Source: a virus (lineage: Duplodnaviria > Caudoviricetes). From it: a stretch of DNA of 50,931 nt. Positions 8,793 through 17,785 of this stretch are shown piece by piece; the stretch's first letter is position 1; each line of letters begins with the position of its first letter. The position numbers were made by a program, and so were the translations under genes. The notes beneath the pieces are model-generated. The model saw nothing but the letters and a program-made list of their open reading frames with translations, searched no databases and was not told where the DNA came from. The DNA is taken from IMG/VR virus record IMGVR_UViG_3300037247_000923, positions 1 to 50,931 of that record. One strand, written 5' to 3'.

Positions 8793-9050
8793 CTAGCGAA
8801 CCTGAAAAATACGCCGTCTAATTTCAGCCTTTGCAGTACCAGAAGTAATTGTCTTACGTTTCTTGCCGCCGCTTCTGACTGCATGCTTTTTAACGGATAG
8901 TTTTGGGGCTACACGTTGCGCTATATCGAGCGTTGTATCACTTAGTTTTCGTAAATTACCGGAAACACCTCGTTCTAGTAAACCACGAATTTTTAATTTA
9001 GCGCGGCTTATTCTAGCCTTGCGTTGCTCAGCTTTTGTGTGTTTAGGCAT
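8793..9050 (-). CDS. Small highly basic protein, apparent paralogue of 17134..17454
   Basis: K/R-rich; N-terminus aligns by eye with the 106-aa basic protein. Confidence 0.65.
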   Translation of the reverse strand: MPKHTKAEQRKARISRAKLKIRGLLERGVSGNLRKLSDTTLDIAQRVAPKLSVKKHAVRSGGKKRKTITSGTAKAEIRRRIFQVR

Positions 9051-9249
9051 CTTTCTTCCTTAATGTGTTTATTAGACGGACTACACTGTTTAGACCCTCA
9101 ACACGACCAGCACGTTTACGAATTTCTCCTAAATCCGAATTCATAGTAGCCACATGTAAATCTGTAGTCATAGTATGACGAAGTTTATCTATCTCCGCCA
9201 CTAGTTCATCACCTGCGTCTGATCGAAGCAGTTCTTTCAATAGTTCCAT
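9043..9249 (-). CDS. Small helical protein downstream of portal
   Basis: TAATG coupling to portal; this position is commonly occupied by a small gene in podophages. Confidence 0.65.
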   Translation of the reverse strand: MELLKELLRSDAGDELVAEIDKLRHTMTTDLHVATMNSDLGEIRKRAGRVEGLNSVVRLINTLRKKDA

Positions 9250-11555
9250 TACTGAATTCCTCCCTCAAGGGCGTTCAGGTCCGTACCAGCGCCAATACCG
9301 GTCGGAATGTTATTACCCTGCGTACCTCCGGGCTGCACCTGACCCTCTTGCTGCTTAGTTTGCAGTTGTTGGATATGTTGGTTTCGATGCTGGGCAACGA
9401 GTGCAACCTGCCATTGCTCAAGCATGTCGAAAGGTTTAGATTGCGTGAACTGGTCGATCTCTTGAAGATGCTGTGCATCATCATCTATCGGCAGAACGTT
9501 AAGCGGAATCCCGCTCATCATAACTTGCAACTCAGCCCGCTGACTCATGGGCAGACGATTGCCACCCTGACCCGGCAGCTTCGGCAGCAACTTATCTACA
9601 TCTGTTCCCTCGCTGAACCAGCGCAGGAAGTCTTTGACTAAAGCCTGTCGAGCTATCGGGTCTTGTGCGAATAGGGGCTCTGCGGCCATTGTATTGTAAC
9701 GAATTTGGGCAATAGATCGAAGTACCTCTCGATTAGTGTTAACACTATTACCGGAAAATTTGTACTCGAAACGTCCTCGTAAATCCTTATTGGAGATACG
9801 ATGTGGCTTTTGTTCTCCCGTGACATAGAACCATTTTTCTTCTGGGCCGAACGATTCGTAGAGCGCATGAATCTGATGAATCAGTTCTTTCCAGCCGCCT
9901 CGTTGGGCCGCCGTAATCAGCATGTCCGTCTTAATGCCACCTTCACTGAGTAGCGCCAAGGTTCCACGCGCTGTACGTGGAGAGTTCCGGACTTGACTAG
10001 AACCCATCGACTGAGGGGAGATCGTCAACTGATCCGCAAAGAGCAAGAGCGAATCCATAGTTGACAGGTTCGCTAATGGGGTCTGCGGAAAATGTGGAAA
10101 CATAACCCCGTTGATATCGGCAATCGGAACGCCTTCACCGTAGTCGATTCCGCTCAATACTTCTGGGTCTACGGTCATAGCCGCAGGCACGTAGAAGAAC
10201 CACGGATGGTTAATTAGCTCTTGGGCCTCATTGACCTGCGTGATAATAGTGTTGACTTCAACGTTAATCGGGGCCAACAATTCTCCGTAGGACAAACTGT
10301 AGTATCGGTCACTAATCCGGATATTATGAATATCACAGAAGGGGCGTCGTCCATGAGGAAACAACTCCTCTAGGTAATTGGCCTTAACAACTTTCTCCAG
10401 TTTGTATGGTATCTGATAGACAACTTCTTCCCCGACACCATCGCCGGTTAGGTCATCCTTCGCATATACTTCATAGATCAGAATCTTAGAATCGAAATAC
10501 GGCTCTTCTCCTGTAGGATTATCGCCCGTATTGAACTCTCCAACCTGTCGATCCTTCTGGCGCTTAAGTGTTTGATTGTCAACATTCTGTTCGTGGCGTT
10601 CACCATCACCAGTTCGGGCCGTACCCCGTAGGGTAGATAACTCTTCGTCGTTAATCTCCCAGCCCTCAAAGTCAATTTTCGCCTTCAACTCGGCTATAGT
10701 AAGCCAGTATTGATGGGCGATGCGTTCGGCATCCTGGATGTTCTCGGTCCGAAATGGGACAATCAAATCTTCAAACTCGACAACTTCAACAACCGGATGA
10801 TTGGCAATAATGATTGGCCGGTAGATGTATAATTCGTATTCGTCAATATATTTGTTTGGATGTATCTCTACCAGTATATCCAGATACTCCATTCGATCCT
10901 CTACAAAAGAGATGCGAAACGAGGAACCGACGATTTCTGTAGTTAATTCAACTGATTCTACTGAAAGTAATCTATTCTGTAACGGAGACTGACCAAAAAT
11001 TTCAACTAGCAATTCCTCTGGCATCTTCGGACGATCTTCTGGAACCTCTAATTGGCTGAGATCCATCTCTCCTGCCCGCCAATTTTGCTTGACGGTTTCG
11101 ATAATTACAGTATTTCTAGTCTGAAACTTCCACCAGGATTTCACGACGGCAACGCCATCCAGAAACATATTACGAAACCACATTTCCGTGGACGAGTAGA
11201 AGTTCGGAATATCCGACTCGATGGCCCAGTTTATGAACAGTTCATTTAGATCCGTCTCGGCCTCATTAAACTCCTCGGCCACACGCCGGACATGAACGAT
11301 AGGTTCTGCGTTCCAGAAGGCATTAACAAACTTTGGGACAAGTCCTTCGATCCGCGACGTTAGGACGTGCAGATGAATATTGGACTCCCCAAAGTAGGTT
11401 AGTTTCCGATTTTGATCGCCAAAGTATACGGCGCGAATATAGGCCCTCTTATCTATATTCGGTTGTCGATCTTTAAGATCGGTCCGAATTAGCTGGATAA
11501 AATCTTTGCCCTTTTTATTCGCCACATCGGATTCAAATCTCAATGTTTCTGGCAT
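9249..11555 (-). CDS. Portal protein
   Basis: 768 aa, near terminase; FLDGVAVVKSWW, RRPF...YSLSYGELL, PRTARG motifs; Q-rich C-terminus. Confidence 0.9.
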   Translation of the reverse strand: MPETLRFESDVANKKGKDFIQLIRTDLKDRQPNIDKRAYIRAVYFGDQNRKLTYFGESNIHLHVLTSRIEGLVPKFVNAFWNAEPIVHVRRVAEEFNEAETDLNELFINWAIESDIPNFYSSTEMWFRNMFLDGVAVVKSWWKFQTRNTVIIETVKQNWRAGEMDLSQLEVPEDRPKMPEELLVEIFGQSPLQNRLLSVESVELTTEIVGSSFRISFVEDRMEYLDILVEIHPNKYIDEYELYIYRPIIIANHPVVEVVEFEDLIVPFRTENIQDAERIAHQYWLTIAELKAKIDFEGWEINDEELSTLRGTARTGDGERHEQNVDNQTLKRQKDRQVGEFNTGDNPTGEEPYFDSKILIYEVYAKDDLTGDGVGEEVVYQIPYKLEKVVKANYLEELFPHGRRPFCDIHNIRISDRYYSLSYGELLAPINVEVNTIITQVNEAQELINHPWFFYVPAAMTVDPEVLSGIDYGEGVPIADINGVMFPHFPQTPLANLSTMDSLLLFADQLTISPQSMGSSQVRNSPRTARGTLALLSEGGIKTDMLITAAQRGGWKELIHQIHALYESFGPEEKWFYVTGEQKPHRISNKDLRGRFEYKFSGNSVNTNREVLRSIAQIRYNTMAAEPLFAQDPIARQALVKDFLRWFSEGTDVDKLLPKLPGQGGNRLPMSQRAELQVMMSGIPLNVLPIDDDAQHLQEIDQFTQSKPFDMLEQWQVALVAQHRNQHIQQLQTKQQEGQVQPGGTQGNNIPTGIGAGTDLNALEGGIQ

Positions 11556-11564
11556 AACTACTCC

Positions 11565-11945
11565 CTAGTCCGTCGCAATAAATTCAACTGTTACCGTATT
11601 ATTAGGATCAGTATTCTGGAAAAATAGACGTTCAAACGGCCCTTTTAACATAAAGACCTGATCGACCGCAACTAATTTGGTTGAATCATCAATCGCAAGA
11701 AAGAGCGTACCGGCCACACTAATATCGGCTACCTCAACCATTAGGCGTTGACCTGGATTAGAAGCCCCGAGATCCCCTAAACTGGCCTCCGCTACTGCGC
11801 CCATATTTGCGGGAAGAACTACTCGGTCTCCCGCATGAAGGGTATACGATTCCTCCTCCGGAGTGAATGGTTGGTCGTAGAAATCAACGCTGTTCCGCGT
11901 AATCTGGATTCGTGCCGATTGTGAGACTCTGAGCACGTCGGCCAT
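11565..11945 (-). CDS. Putative structural protein (126 aa), homologous to the C-terminus of the 665-aa protein
   Basis: GGAAGG RBS; KGPFERLFFQNTDPNNTVTVEFIATD resembles GGTFERIAIQNNSSTDTAEIIIGVTD. Confidence 0.65.
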   Translation of the reverse strand: MADVLRVSQSARIQITRNSVDFYDQPFTPEEESYTLHAGDRVVLPANMGAVAEASLGDLGASNPGQRLMVEVADISVAGTLFLAIDDSTKLVAVDQVFMLKGPFERLFFQNTDPNNTVTVEFIATD

Positions 11946-13507
11946 GGATTTTTCCTTCCTGACATCAGGTCGATGCCATTATACTTTTCATCCTTATCTC
12001 TGCTAGCCCGTTTGGCCTCACGTCGTAAGAGTTTGTAAGTTAAACTTGTTTGGTAAATATAGCGAATACAATCTATAAAATCGTCGTGGTTCTTCCGGAC
12101 ATCCTGCTTATCGCCCTTGAGTTCCCGCTGTTTACTGCTGGCCCAATCGTCCCAACAGAAGTTTAGAAAGTTCTGCTTAACATGGGCACAGGTATTAAAG
12201 ACAATCAAGCCGGGTTCGTCCCAGTCATACTTCATTTTAAGGGCTTCATGTATTGCATCGTATCCGGCTTCCGCATTACGTTTCTTGGCCATTTGCGTGT
12301 ATATGCCCTCGGAAGCAAATCGCTTCCAAATATTGTCGCCACTCGTTCGCTCGTCTTGCTTCGCAGAAGTATCTATCACACGAAACGAAACAGGTTCCGC
12401 ATCTTCTCCGCGTACCCATTGCTCCTTAGACTTACTCCACGACCAGCCTTCAAGTTCTTTCATCTTATCAGCCACATCTTTGACCGTTTTCAGGCGCGGG
12501 TTGAACAAATCTCGGTAAACGATAATTTGCTCGTCTGGACTGACGGCGGCCCATAGAACCGCTATAGGCTTTCGCGGGTGTGGGTCAATCACGCATACTC
12601 GCGGCCATGCCTCCGGAATAGTAAACTCATTAACCCAGTAAGGCGACTCCGGTTCCCACTCTTTATAGATGCGGCCTGCTAAGTGCAGGAAGTTGCCGTG
12701 GAGTCTGGCCTCTAGTTCGTCCTCTCGGAGATCGCTGAGAAACTCCTCAATATCTTCTCGGTGTAGATGGCCGCCATTCTCCACGCAATTATCCCATACA
12801 GAGAACTTGAAAAGCTTAACCCTGCCATCCGCGTCATTGGCTCGGCTGACAATTATATCGTGAATCCACGGTTGTGTCAGCGGAGTCATCGTCATCCACA
12901 TATGTCCTGAAAAGTCAACAAGACCACGTTTGAGTCCGACATACTTCTTATAATCTATAGGTTCATCTGCCCAAGCCCAATGCCCATTCGTACCCTCAAA
13001 TGCCATGTCGTCCTGATCGTTCGACATGAGATAAATAATGCTGCCATTCTTCCACCGGATTTCTGTTGGAATCCCGCGGTTATCGCGTTTGACTTTATAC
13101 CAACCCGCAGGTGCCCATTCTTGCAGTTTCGGAAAGATCGTCTGCTGGATGGCTTGCTGGTAGTTCTGGGCAATAATTCTTCCAATGTTCGGAACCGGAA
13201 TCGGTTCGCCATTGGCTAATCGTACAATTCGCTGGGGATGAGACTCTGGCAGCCACGGCCGGTATCCTAGTGAATGGGCAATCGCCTCATTGACACCCCA
13301 AACCGTCTTACCAGATCGGTTACTTCCAAGAACGAGGACAACAGACGTACCATCGTTCAATGCCTCTGTGGCTGCGCCCTGCTTGCCGATCGCCTCAAAG
13401 AAGCAGACCCTTTGTGTAGTGTAGGCCGCCTCAAGAACAGATAACTCTTCCCAGAGGGAGGTTAGTTCTTTAAGCGTCTGGTTCGTTGATATAAGTTCTT
13501 GGGTCAT
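11819..13507 (-). CDS. terL: Terminase large subunit
   Basis: Walker A GSNRSGKT, Walker B WAWADEP, motif III MTMTP, nuclease VIDPH and HDDFIDCIRY. Confidence 0.95.
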   Translation of the reverse strand: MTQELISTNQTLKELTSLWEELSVLEAAYTTQRVCFFEAIGKQGAATEALNDGTSVVLVLGSNRSGKTVWGVNEAIAHSLGYRPWLPESHPQRIVRLANGEPIPVPNIGRIIAQNYQQAIQQTIFPKLQEWAPAGWYKVKRDNRGIPTEIRWKNGSIIYLMSNDQDDMAFEGTNGHWAWADEPIDYKKYVGLKRGLVDFSGHMWMTMTPLTQPWIHDIIVSRANDADGRVKLFKFSVWDNCVENGGHLHREDIEEFLSDLREDELEARLHGNFLHLAGRIYKEWEPESPYWVNEFTIPEAWPRVCVIDPHPRKPIAVLWAAVSPDEQIIVYRDLFNPRLKTVKDVADKMKELEGWSWSKSKEQWVRGEDAEPVSFRVIDTSAKQDERTSGDNIWKRFASEGIYTQMAKKRNAEAGYDAIHEALKMKYDWDEPGLIVFNTCAHVKQNFLNFCWDDWASSKQRELKGDKQDVRKNHDDFIDCIRYIYQTSLTYKLLRREAKRASRDKDEKYNGIDLMSGRKNPWPTCSESHNRHESRLRGTALISTTNHSLRRRNRIPFMRETE

Positions 13508-13760
13508 GTACCAATCGTTCTACTTCAAGTTTATTAATCTTTATCCGAGATAACATCCGTGGCATAACATGAATATGTGGTTCTGTCCCGGTTTCAACTT
13601 TATATTGTTGCCATTGTTGCAGAGACTCCATGATAAACTCTCCGACTTGCAGATGTGCGGATTCAATTGTTTTCCCATCTCCCTTAACCTCGATCCAGAA
13701 CACAGTATCGTCGTTCGGATCACAGTTCTCCATCAACAGCACTGGAAACAATCTGTTCAT
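13470..13760 (-). CDS. Hypothetical protein between the terminase subunits
   Basis: Open frame overlapping both neighbours; start placed at ATG 13760 after GGAAGAG. Confidence 0.5.
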   Translation of the reverse strand: MNRLFPVLLMENCDPNDDTVFWIEVKGDGKTIESAHLQVGEFIMESLQQWQQYKVETGTEPHIHVMPRMLSRIKINKLEVERLVHDPRTYINEPDA

Positions 13761-14409
13761 GTGTATTCTCTTCCGGATTATCGAAGTCAAGAATTTCAAC
13801 CTCAGCTTCGACGGCCATTTCGGCCCGTGTTAGTGTATCTTGAATCTGCTGTGAAAGGTCCGGATTGTCCTGTTCAAAGCGTACATTTAGAACGCTGAGA
13901 CTGGAAATCTTGCCTTTGATCCCAGCTACTAGTGCCTTAATATCACCGGGAATCAGCAACTCCCCATTCTCGGTTCCTATCTGCATGGCCCGCTCTACAT
14001 CATGTAGGACCTTGAGTTTATCTGCTAAGATCGCGTAGGACGTAACCTTCTGCATGATTGAGGGACCAAAGTATTTGTAGTCTACTATCTCCCCGTTCTT
14101 ATTGCGAATCGGGAAACGTCCCGCCTCTAAATCCTCTGGAGCGATTGACTCAATAATGCTGACTGCCGTATTATGGGCTTTGCCCGCTAGTTGCCTGATC
14201 GCGGAAAGTCTAGCCTCTTCCAACTCTGAGGGCGGCACCTGTTTAATATACTTGCGGGCTGTTTTCTCGGTAATTCGATTTCGCCGGGCCGTTTCTCGTA
14301 CATTATTAGTAACCGCAAAGGTTTGAATAATCGCCTCCTGTTGAGTGGGCGAAAGTTCTTTGCCGTGATTATTCCCCTTGGGCGCTATGCTGCGTCTTTT
14401 TCGCCGCAT
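13720..14409 (-). CDS. terS: Terminase small subunit (N-terminal HTH)
   Basis: HTH-like NNVRETARRNRITEKTARKY; upstream of TerL. Confidence 0.65.
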   Translation of the reverse strand: MRRKRRSIAPKGNNHGKELSPTQQEAIIQTFAVTNNVRETARRNRITEKTARKYIKQVPPSELEEARLSAIRQLAGKAHNTAVSIIESIAPEDLEAGRFPIRNKNGEIVDYKYFGPSIMQKVTSYAILADKLKVLHDVERAMQIGTENGELLIPGDIKALVAGIKGKISSLSVLNVRFEQDNPDLSQQIQDTLTRAEMAVEAEVEILDFDNPEENTHEQIVSSAVDGEL

Positions 14410-14599
14410 TGTTAGTCCGTTTCTGTCCGAGCAGTCCGTCGATAGGTTGCTGCAAAAGACCTGCTACCCAAGTTTCTAATGGCATCGCATTTAATACGGC
14501 CGGTGATACTGGGTTTTTCTGATCTGCTAACCGTTGTAGTTTCCAATACTCAAATGCCTCTTGTAAATCTACCAAAAATGTTTCTGAAAATTCCATCAT
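14369..14599 (-). CDS. Hypothetical protein
   Basis: GGGAGGG RBS; overlaps the terS start. Confidence 0.55.
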   Translation of the reverse strand: MMEFSETFLVDLQEAFEYWKLQRLADQKNPVSPAVLNAMPLETWVAGLLQQPIDGLLGQKRTNNAAKKTQHSAQGE

Positions 14600-14649
14600 C
14601 CCTCCCTAAGATTCTTCGGGGTCAGGGCCGGGAGGCCCGACCTTCCCCG

Positions 14650-16776
14650 CTATGCTAAAAGTCCCACGCCCGTTGCTGCGTCGAGTGCGGCTTCTAGTTC
14701 TCCTACACGTACCTGCAAATTCCGTATCACGGACATTGCGGTTTCAAATTCATCCTGTGTTGAAAAGCCCCACGTAGCCGCTACGTCACTGTCCACTGGT
14801 GTGGCTATTGCATAATCTGGAGTACCGGGTCCCGTGTGCGTAATCGTGGTCAAGGCGGCTGTTAAGACTGAGGCCTGGGACACGGGCGTAGTGCCGTAGA
14901 ATCCTGCGTTAGTACCGCCGTGGTTGAGGTCTCCATCCATGAACGTAGTGCCATCAACTTCCAGATCGCCCTCGAAATATCCATCACCGTTATTGGCTGT
15001 GTGTGTGAGATGGGTCGAGGCAAATGAACTTAGATCGGTCGTTGCGGTAGATCGCGCAAATAAACTACCTTGGTCAATAAGGATATGTCCTTTTTGACTT
15101 TTAAATCCAATAGTTTTATCTGCTCCCGGGCTAGTACCTAGTGCAATTGGTTGAGAGAGTACGCCTATAGTTCTGGCTGTGGTACTTACGTTTGCACAAA
15201 ATGCACTAAGGGCAATGGCCTCTCCGGTAAATACATTATCTCCGTCATAATAACCTTGGTAAGCGATATTAGATGCACCGGCAGACGCAGCTACTGTGTT
15301 AATTACCTGGGCTCGTAAACCAACTACGTTCGCTGTATTCGCGGCCGTAACTTTAAAAAGATATGCACCACTAGAAAAGGCACCAATATTCCCGGCAAAA
15401 GTTGCATCACAATCTATTACTTTAGTTGTAATTCCAGAATTGGCATCTACGTCATAGCGCAGGTAAAACGGCGTAATAGTTGCTAAACTAGTGCCAGTAC
15501 CGCTTTCAATGATATCTACGTCAATATCAATACCACGATATACGCCAATATTAAAATCAGCATTTACATCAAGATCCAAATCAACAAAAAGATTTCGCCA
15601 AATAGGGCCGTTGATAAAGATGTTGGTGGACTGGTTGATTTGGGCAAGTATCGTATCATAACTGGCAGCGAACCCTGTTTCGTTCACAATCAACTTCTGC
15701 GCCGTAATCTCGAAGTCGCCCGCATCCCAATCGCCGGTAAGCGGGATTGTGCCGTCTCGATCAATTAACCCGGCTGTCGCAAAGTCTCTGTCTACCCACT
15801 GCCCAGCGCCATCGTTCTGTAGAATCTCTCGATCTGCGGCGGCCGTAATGGTTACGTCTGTAAGTCCATCGAGATCGGTCGAAAATACAACGGCCTCATT
15901 AATCCAGTTAGCTCCGTCGTATCGTAAGAACTCGTCATCAGCAGGGCCGGAGATTACTACGTCTGAGAGATCATCGAGTGCTCCGACAAGAGATACGGCC
16001 TCATTAACCCAGTTTGCACCATCATATCGTAGAAATTCATCATCTACAGGGCCAGCGATTGTTACATCTGATAGATCGTCAAGGGTATCAACAAGAGATA
16101 CAGCCTCATTGATCCACGCTGCCCCGTCATAACGAAGGAACTCATCATCGCTTGGGGTTGTAATGGTTGTGTCGTTAAGATTTACTAACGTGTTACTAGC
16201 AAGTAATACCAGATCGCCAAGTTCAGTAGTAGATTCCTCAATTCCACCAGTACCAGATAATCCTATCAGAATTCCAGTTCCGCCAAGAAAAAAGGTATCT
16301 GTTGCAAATATAACTCTATTCTCTTGATTCGTCCATTTTCCAAGAGCAGCATCATAAATTAGTATATTCTCATTAATTGCCGGTAAGGTATCCTTAACAT
16401 CGCCCAAATTCGCAAGCATTAATACTTGTGCATCCCATTCAGTACCTTGCCATCGGAGTACCTCATCCGTATTTGTCGGCGCTAAACTATCAACTACATC
16501 TGATAGATGCGGAAGAGCAATTAATGCGTTGACCCAGTTGGTACCGTCGTAGCACAAATATTCCGGCGGAACCGGAGAATCAATCTCCACGTCCAGATGT
16601 GTGCCCAAGGCATGCGATTCAAAAACTCCGGCCTCAATAGCCTCCCTAATCCGCACAAGACGGGCCACGATACTGATATCTAGAAGTATGCTTTCATCTG
16701 GTGCAATGCCGGTCAAGTCCTCCAACTTGGTAGCAATATCATCCAGTAACTTAGTAACGGTGTTGTCGTTGGCCAT
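14650..16776 (-). CDS. Tail/head fibre protein with LxDLSDV..LRYDG.NW.N repeats
   Basis: About seven repeats of the phage fibre motif, followed by a beta-rich receptor-binding-like region. Confidence 0.75.
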   Translation of the reverse strand: MANDNTVTKLLDDIATKLEDLTGIAPDESILLDISIVARLVRIREAIEAGVFESHALGTHLDVEIDSPVPPEYLCYDGTNWVNALIALPHLSDVVDSLAPTNTDEVLRWQGTEWDAQVLMLANLGDVKDTLPAINENILIYDAALGKWTNQENRVIFATDTFFLGGTGILIGLSGTGGIEESTTELGDLVLLASNTLVNLNDTTITTPSDDEFLRYDGAAWINEAVSLVDTLDDLSDVTIAGPVDDEFLRYDGANWVNEAVSLVGALDDLSDVVISGPADDEFLRYDGANWINEAVVFSTDLDGLTDVTITAAADREILQNDGAGQWVDRDFATAGLIDRDGTIPLTGDWDAGDFEITAQKLIVNETGFAASYDTILAQINQSTNIFINGPIWRNLFVDLDLDVNADFNIGVYRGIDIDVDIIESGTGTSLATITPFYLRYDVDANSGITTKVIDCDATFAGNIGAFSSGAYLFKVTAANTANVVGLRAQVINTVAASAGASNIAYQGYYDGDNVFTGEAIALSAFCANVSTTARTIGVLSQPIALGTSPGADKTIGFKSQKGHILIDQGSLFARSTATTDLSSFASTHLTHTANNGDGYFEGDLEVDGTTFMDGDLNHGGTNAGFYGTTPVSQASVLTAALTTITHTGPGTPDYAIATPVDSDVAATWGFSTQDEFETAMSVIRNLQVRVGELEAALDAATGVGLLA
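15790..16190 (-). repeat. 105-nt (35-aa) tandem coding repeats in the fibre gene, about 4 copies
   Basis: GCCTCATT(A/G)A(C/T)CCA recurs near 15893, 15998 and 16103; the protein repeats DDEFLRYDGA(N/A)W(I/V)NEAV. Confidence 0.85.
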
Positions 16777-16938
16777 TTAGCGCTTTCGTCGTTTTGGAGT
16801 TGGGGCAGATGCCGGCAGCGGCGACAGTTTTATTTTGCGCCGCGGCAAACCGGGCGTGGTGAATGGCCCCTTGAGGCCCTTTGTTAGGTTCCGGGTGTCT
16901 CTGACCGGAAAGTTATCGAATTTCGGTTTGATGGCCAT
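16777..16938 (-). CDS. Small basic Pro-rich protein (53 aa, MAIKPKFDNFPVRD...PTPKRRKR)
   Basis: Manual translation; AAGGA RBS; abuts both neighbours; below the ORF-track size cutoff. Confidence 0.6.
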   Translation of the reverse strand: MAIKPKFDNFPVRDTRNLTKGLKGPFTTPGLPRRKIKLSPLPASAPTPKRRKR

Positions 16939-17133
16939 TTATTCGTTCCTCTTATCGGCTGCTTCTTGTGCGGTTTCCTCAGATTCAAAAAGAAAGTCAG
17001 GAGATGTAACTGCCGGATGAGGTAAATCTAATTGAACTAAAGGTAAATCGTTAATATACTTAAGAATTTGAGTAGGCATTACGATCCAGTGATTATCTCC
17101 CCTATGAAATATAGCCCAGCATTGAGTAGCCAT
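16939..17133 (-). CDS. Hypothetical protein (64 aa)
   Basis: Tightly packed between neighbouring genes. Confidence 0.55.
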   Translation of the reverse strand: MATQCWAIFHRGDNHWIVMPTQILKYINDLPLVQLDLPHPAVTSPDFLFESEETAQEAADKRNE

Positions 17134-17454
17134 CTATTTGCGCCTTTTCTTATCTGCAGAACTACGCTGCCGTAGGTCTCGAAGTTCACGTGATGCCTTT
17201 TTGGCCTTTAACGACAAATTGATTCGCCCAAGTAGGGTTCTGCGCCCACTTAGCTCCTTCAGGGCCTTCTTACGCTGGAAACTGCCGGGTTTGAGGCTGC
17301 GCTCTCGGGTACCGGATACGTCTATGCGCTTTTTGGCTTGTTTCAAAGACATACTGGAGATTTTCGAGATATTGGCCGGAACGCCGCCCGCTATCAGGGC
17401 ACCCACTCGCCTACTCGCGCGCTCGATACGTTGTTTTCTGGTAAGTTTTGGCAT
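17134..17454 (-). CDS. Small highly basic protein, first clear gene of the late arm
   Basis: K/R-rich; similar to 8793..9050. Confidence 0.65.
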   Translation of the reverse strand: MPKLTRKQRIERASRRVGALIAGGVPANISKISSMSLKQAKKRIDVSGTRERSLKPGSFQRKKALKELSGRRTLLGRINLSLKAKKASRELRDLRQRSSADKKRRK

Positions 17455-17629
17455 ATTTGGCCGCTTCTATGTCCGGACCTCTATCCGGCGTAACTGTGGT
17501 ACCGTAAGTACCTTACCTGCTATAGCAGTTAATACATGACCGCTAATATGGCCGGGCCGACTAGCCCTACCTAGCGACATAGCCGCTTATAGCGTAGCCG
17601 ACCCGTAGTCGGCGGGAGGGAACCGACTG

Positions 17630-17677
17630 TTAGCGCCGCAGCCACCAAAACAAATCAATCAGATTAATGCTTTTCAT
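17630..17677 (-). CDS. Putative leader peptide MKSINLIDLFWWLRR with tandem Trp codons
   Basis: AAAGGAG RBS 4 nt before ATG; TGG TGG at codons 11-12; followed by competing helices. Confidence 0.5.
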   Translation of the reverse strand: MKSINLIDLFWWLRR

Positions 17678-17751
17678 GGTACTCCTTTAGGTCGGTTTGG
17701 GTATATGTAATAACAAGCCGCCGTTCATAGTGGCAGGAGGCTGTACAGTAT

Positions 17752-17782
17752 ATTATACACCGGAGCCGGAAAAAAGTTCCAA
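17752..17782 (-). promoter_or_regulatory. Putative late-arm promoter (perfect TATAAT, upstream TTGGAACTT)
   Basis: Minus strand TTGGAACTTTTTTCCGGCTCCGGTGTATAAT, ~75 nt upstream of the leader ORF. Confidence 0.45.
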
Positions 17783-17785
17783 CTT

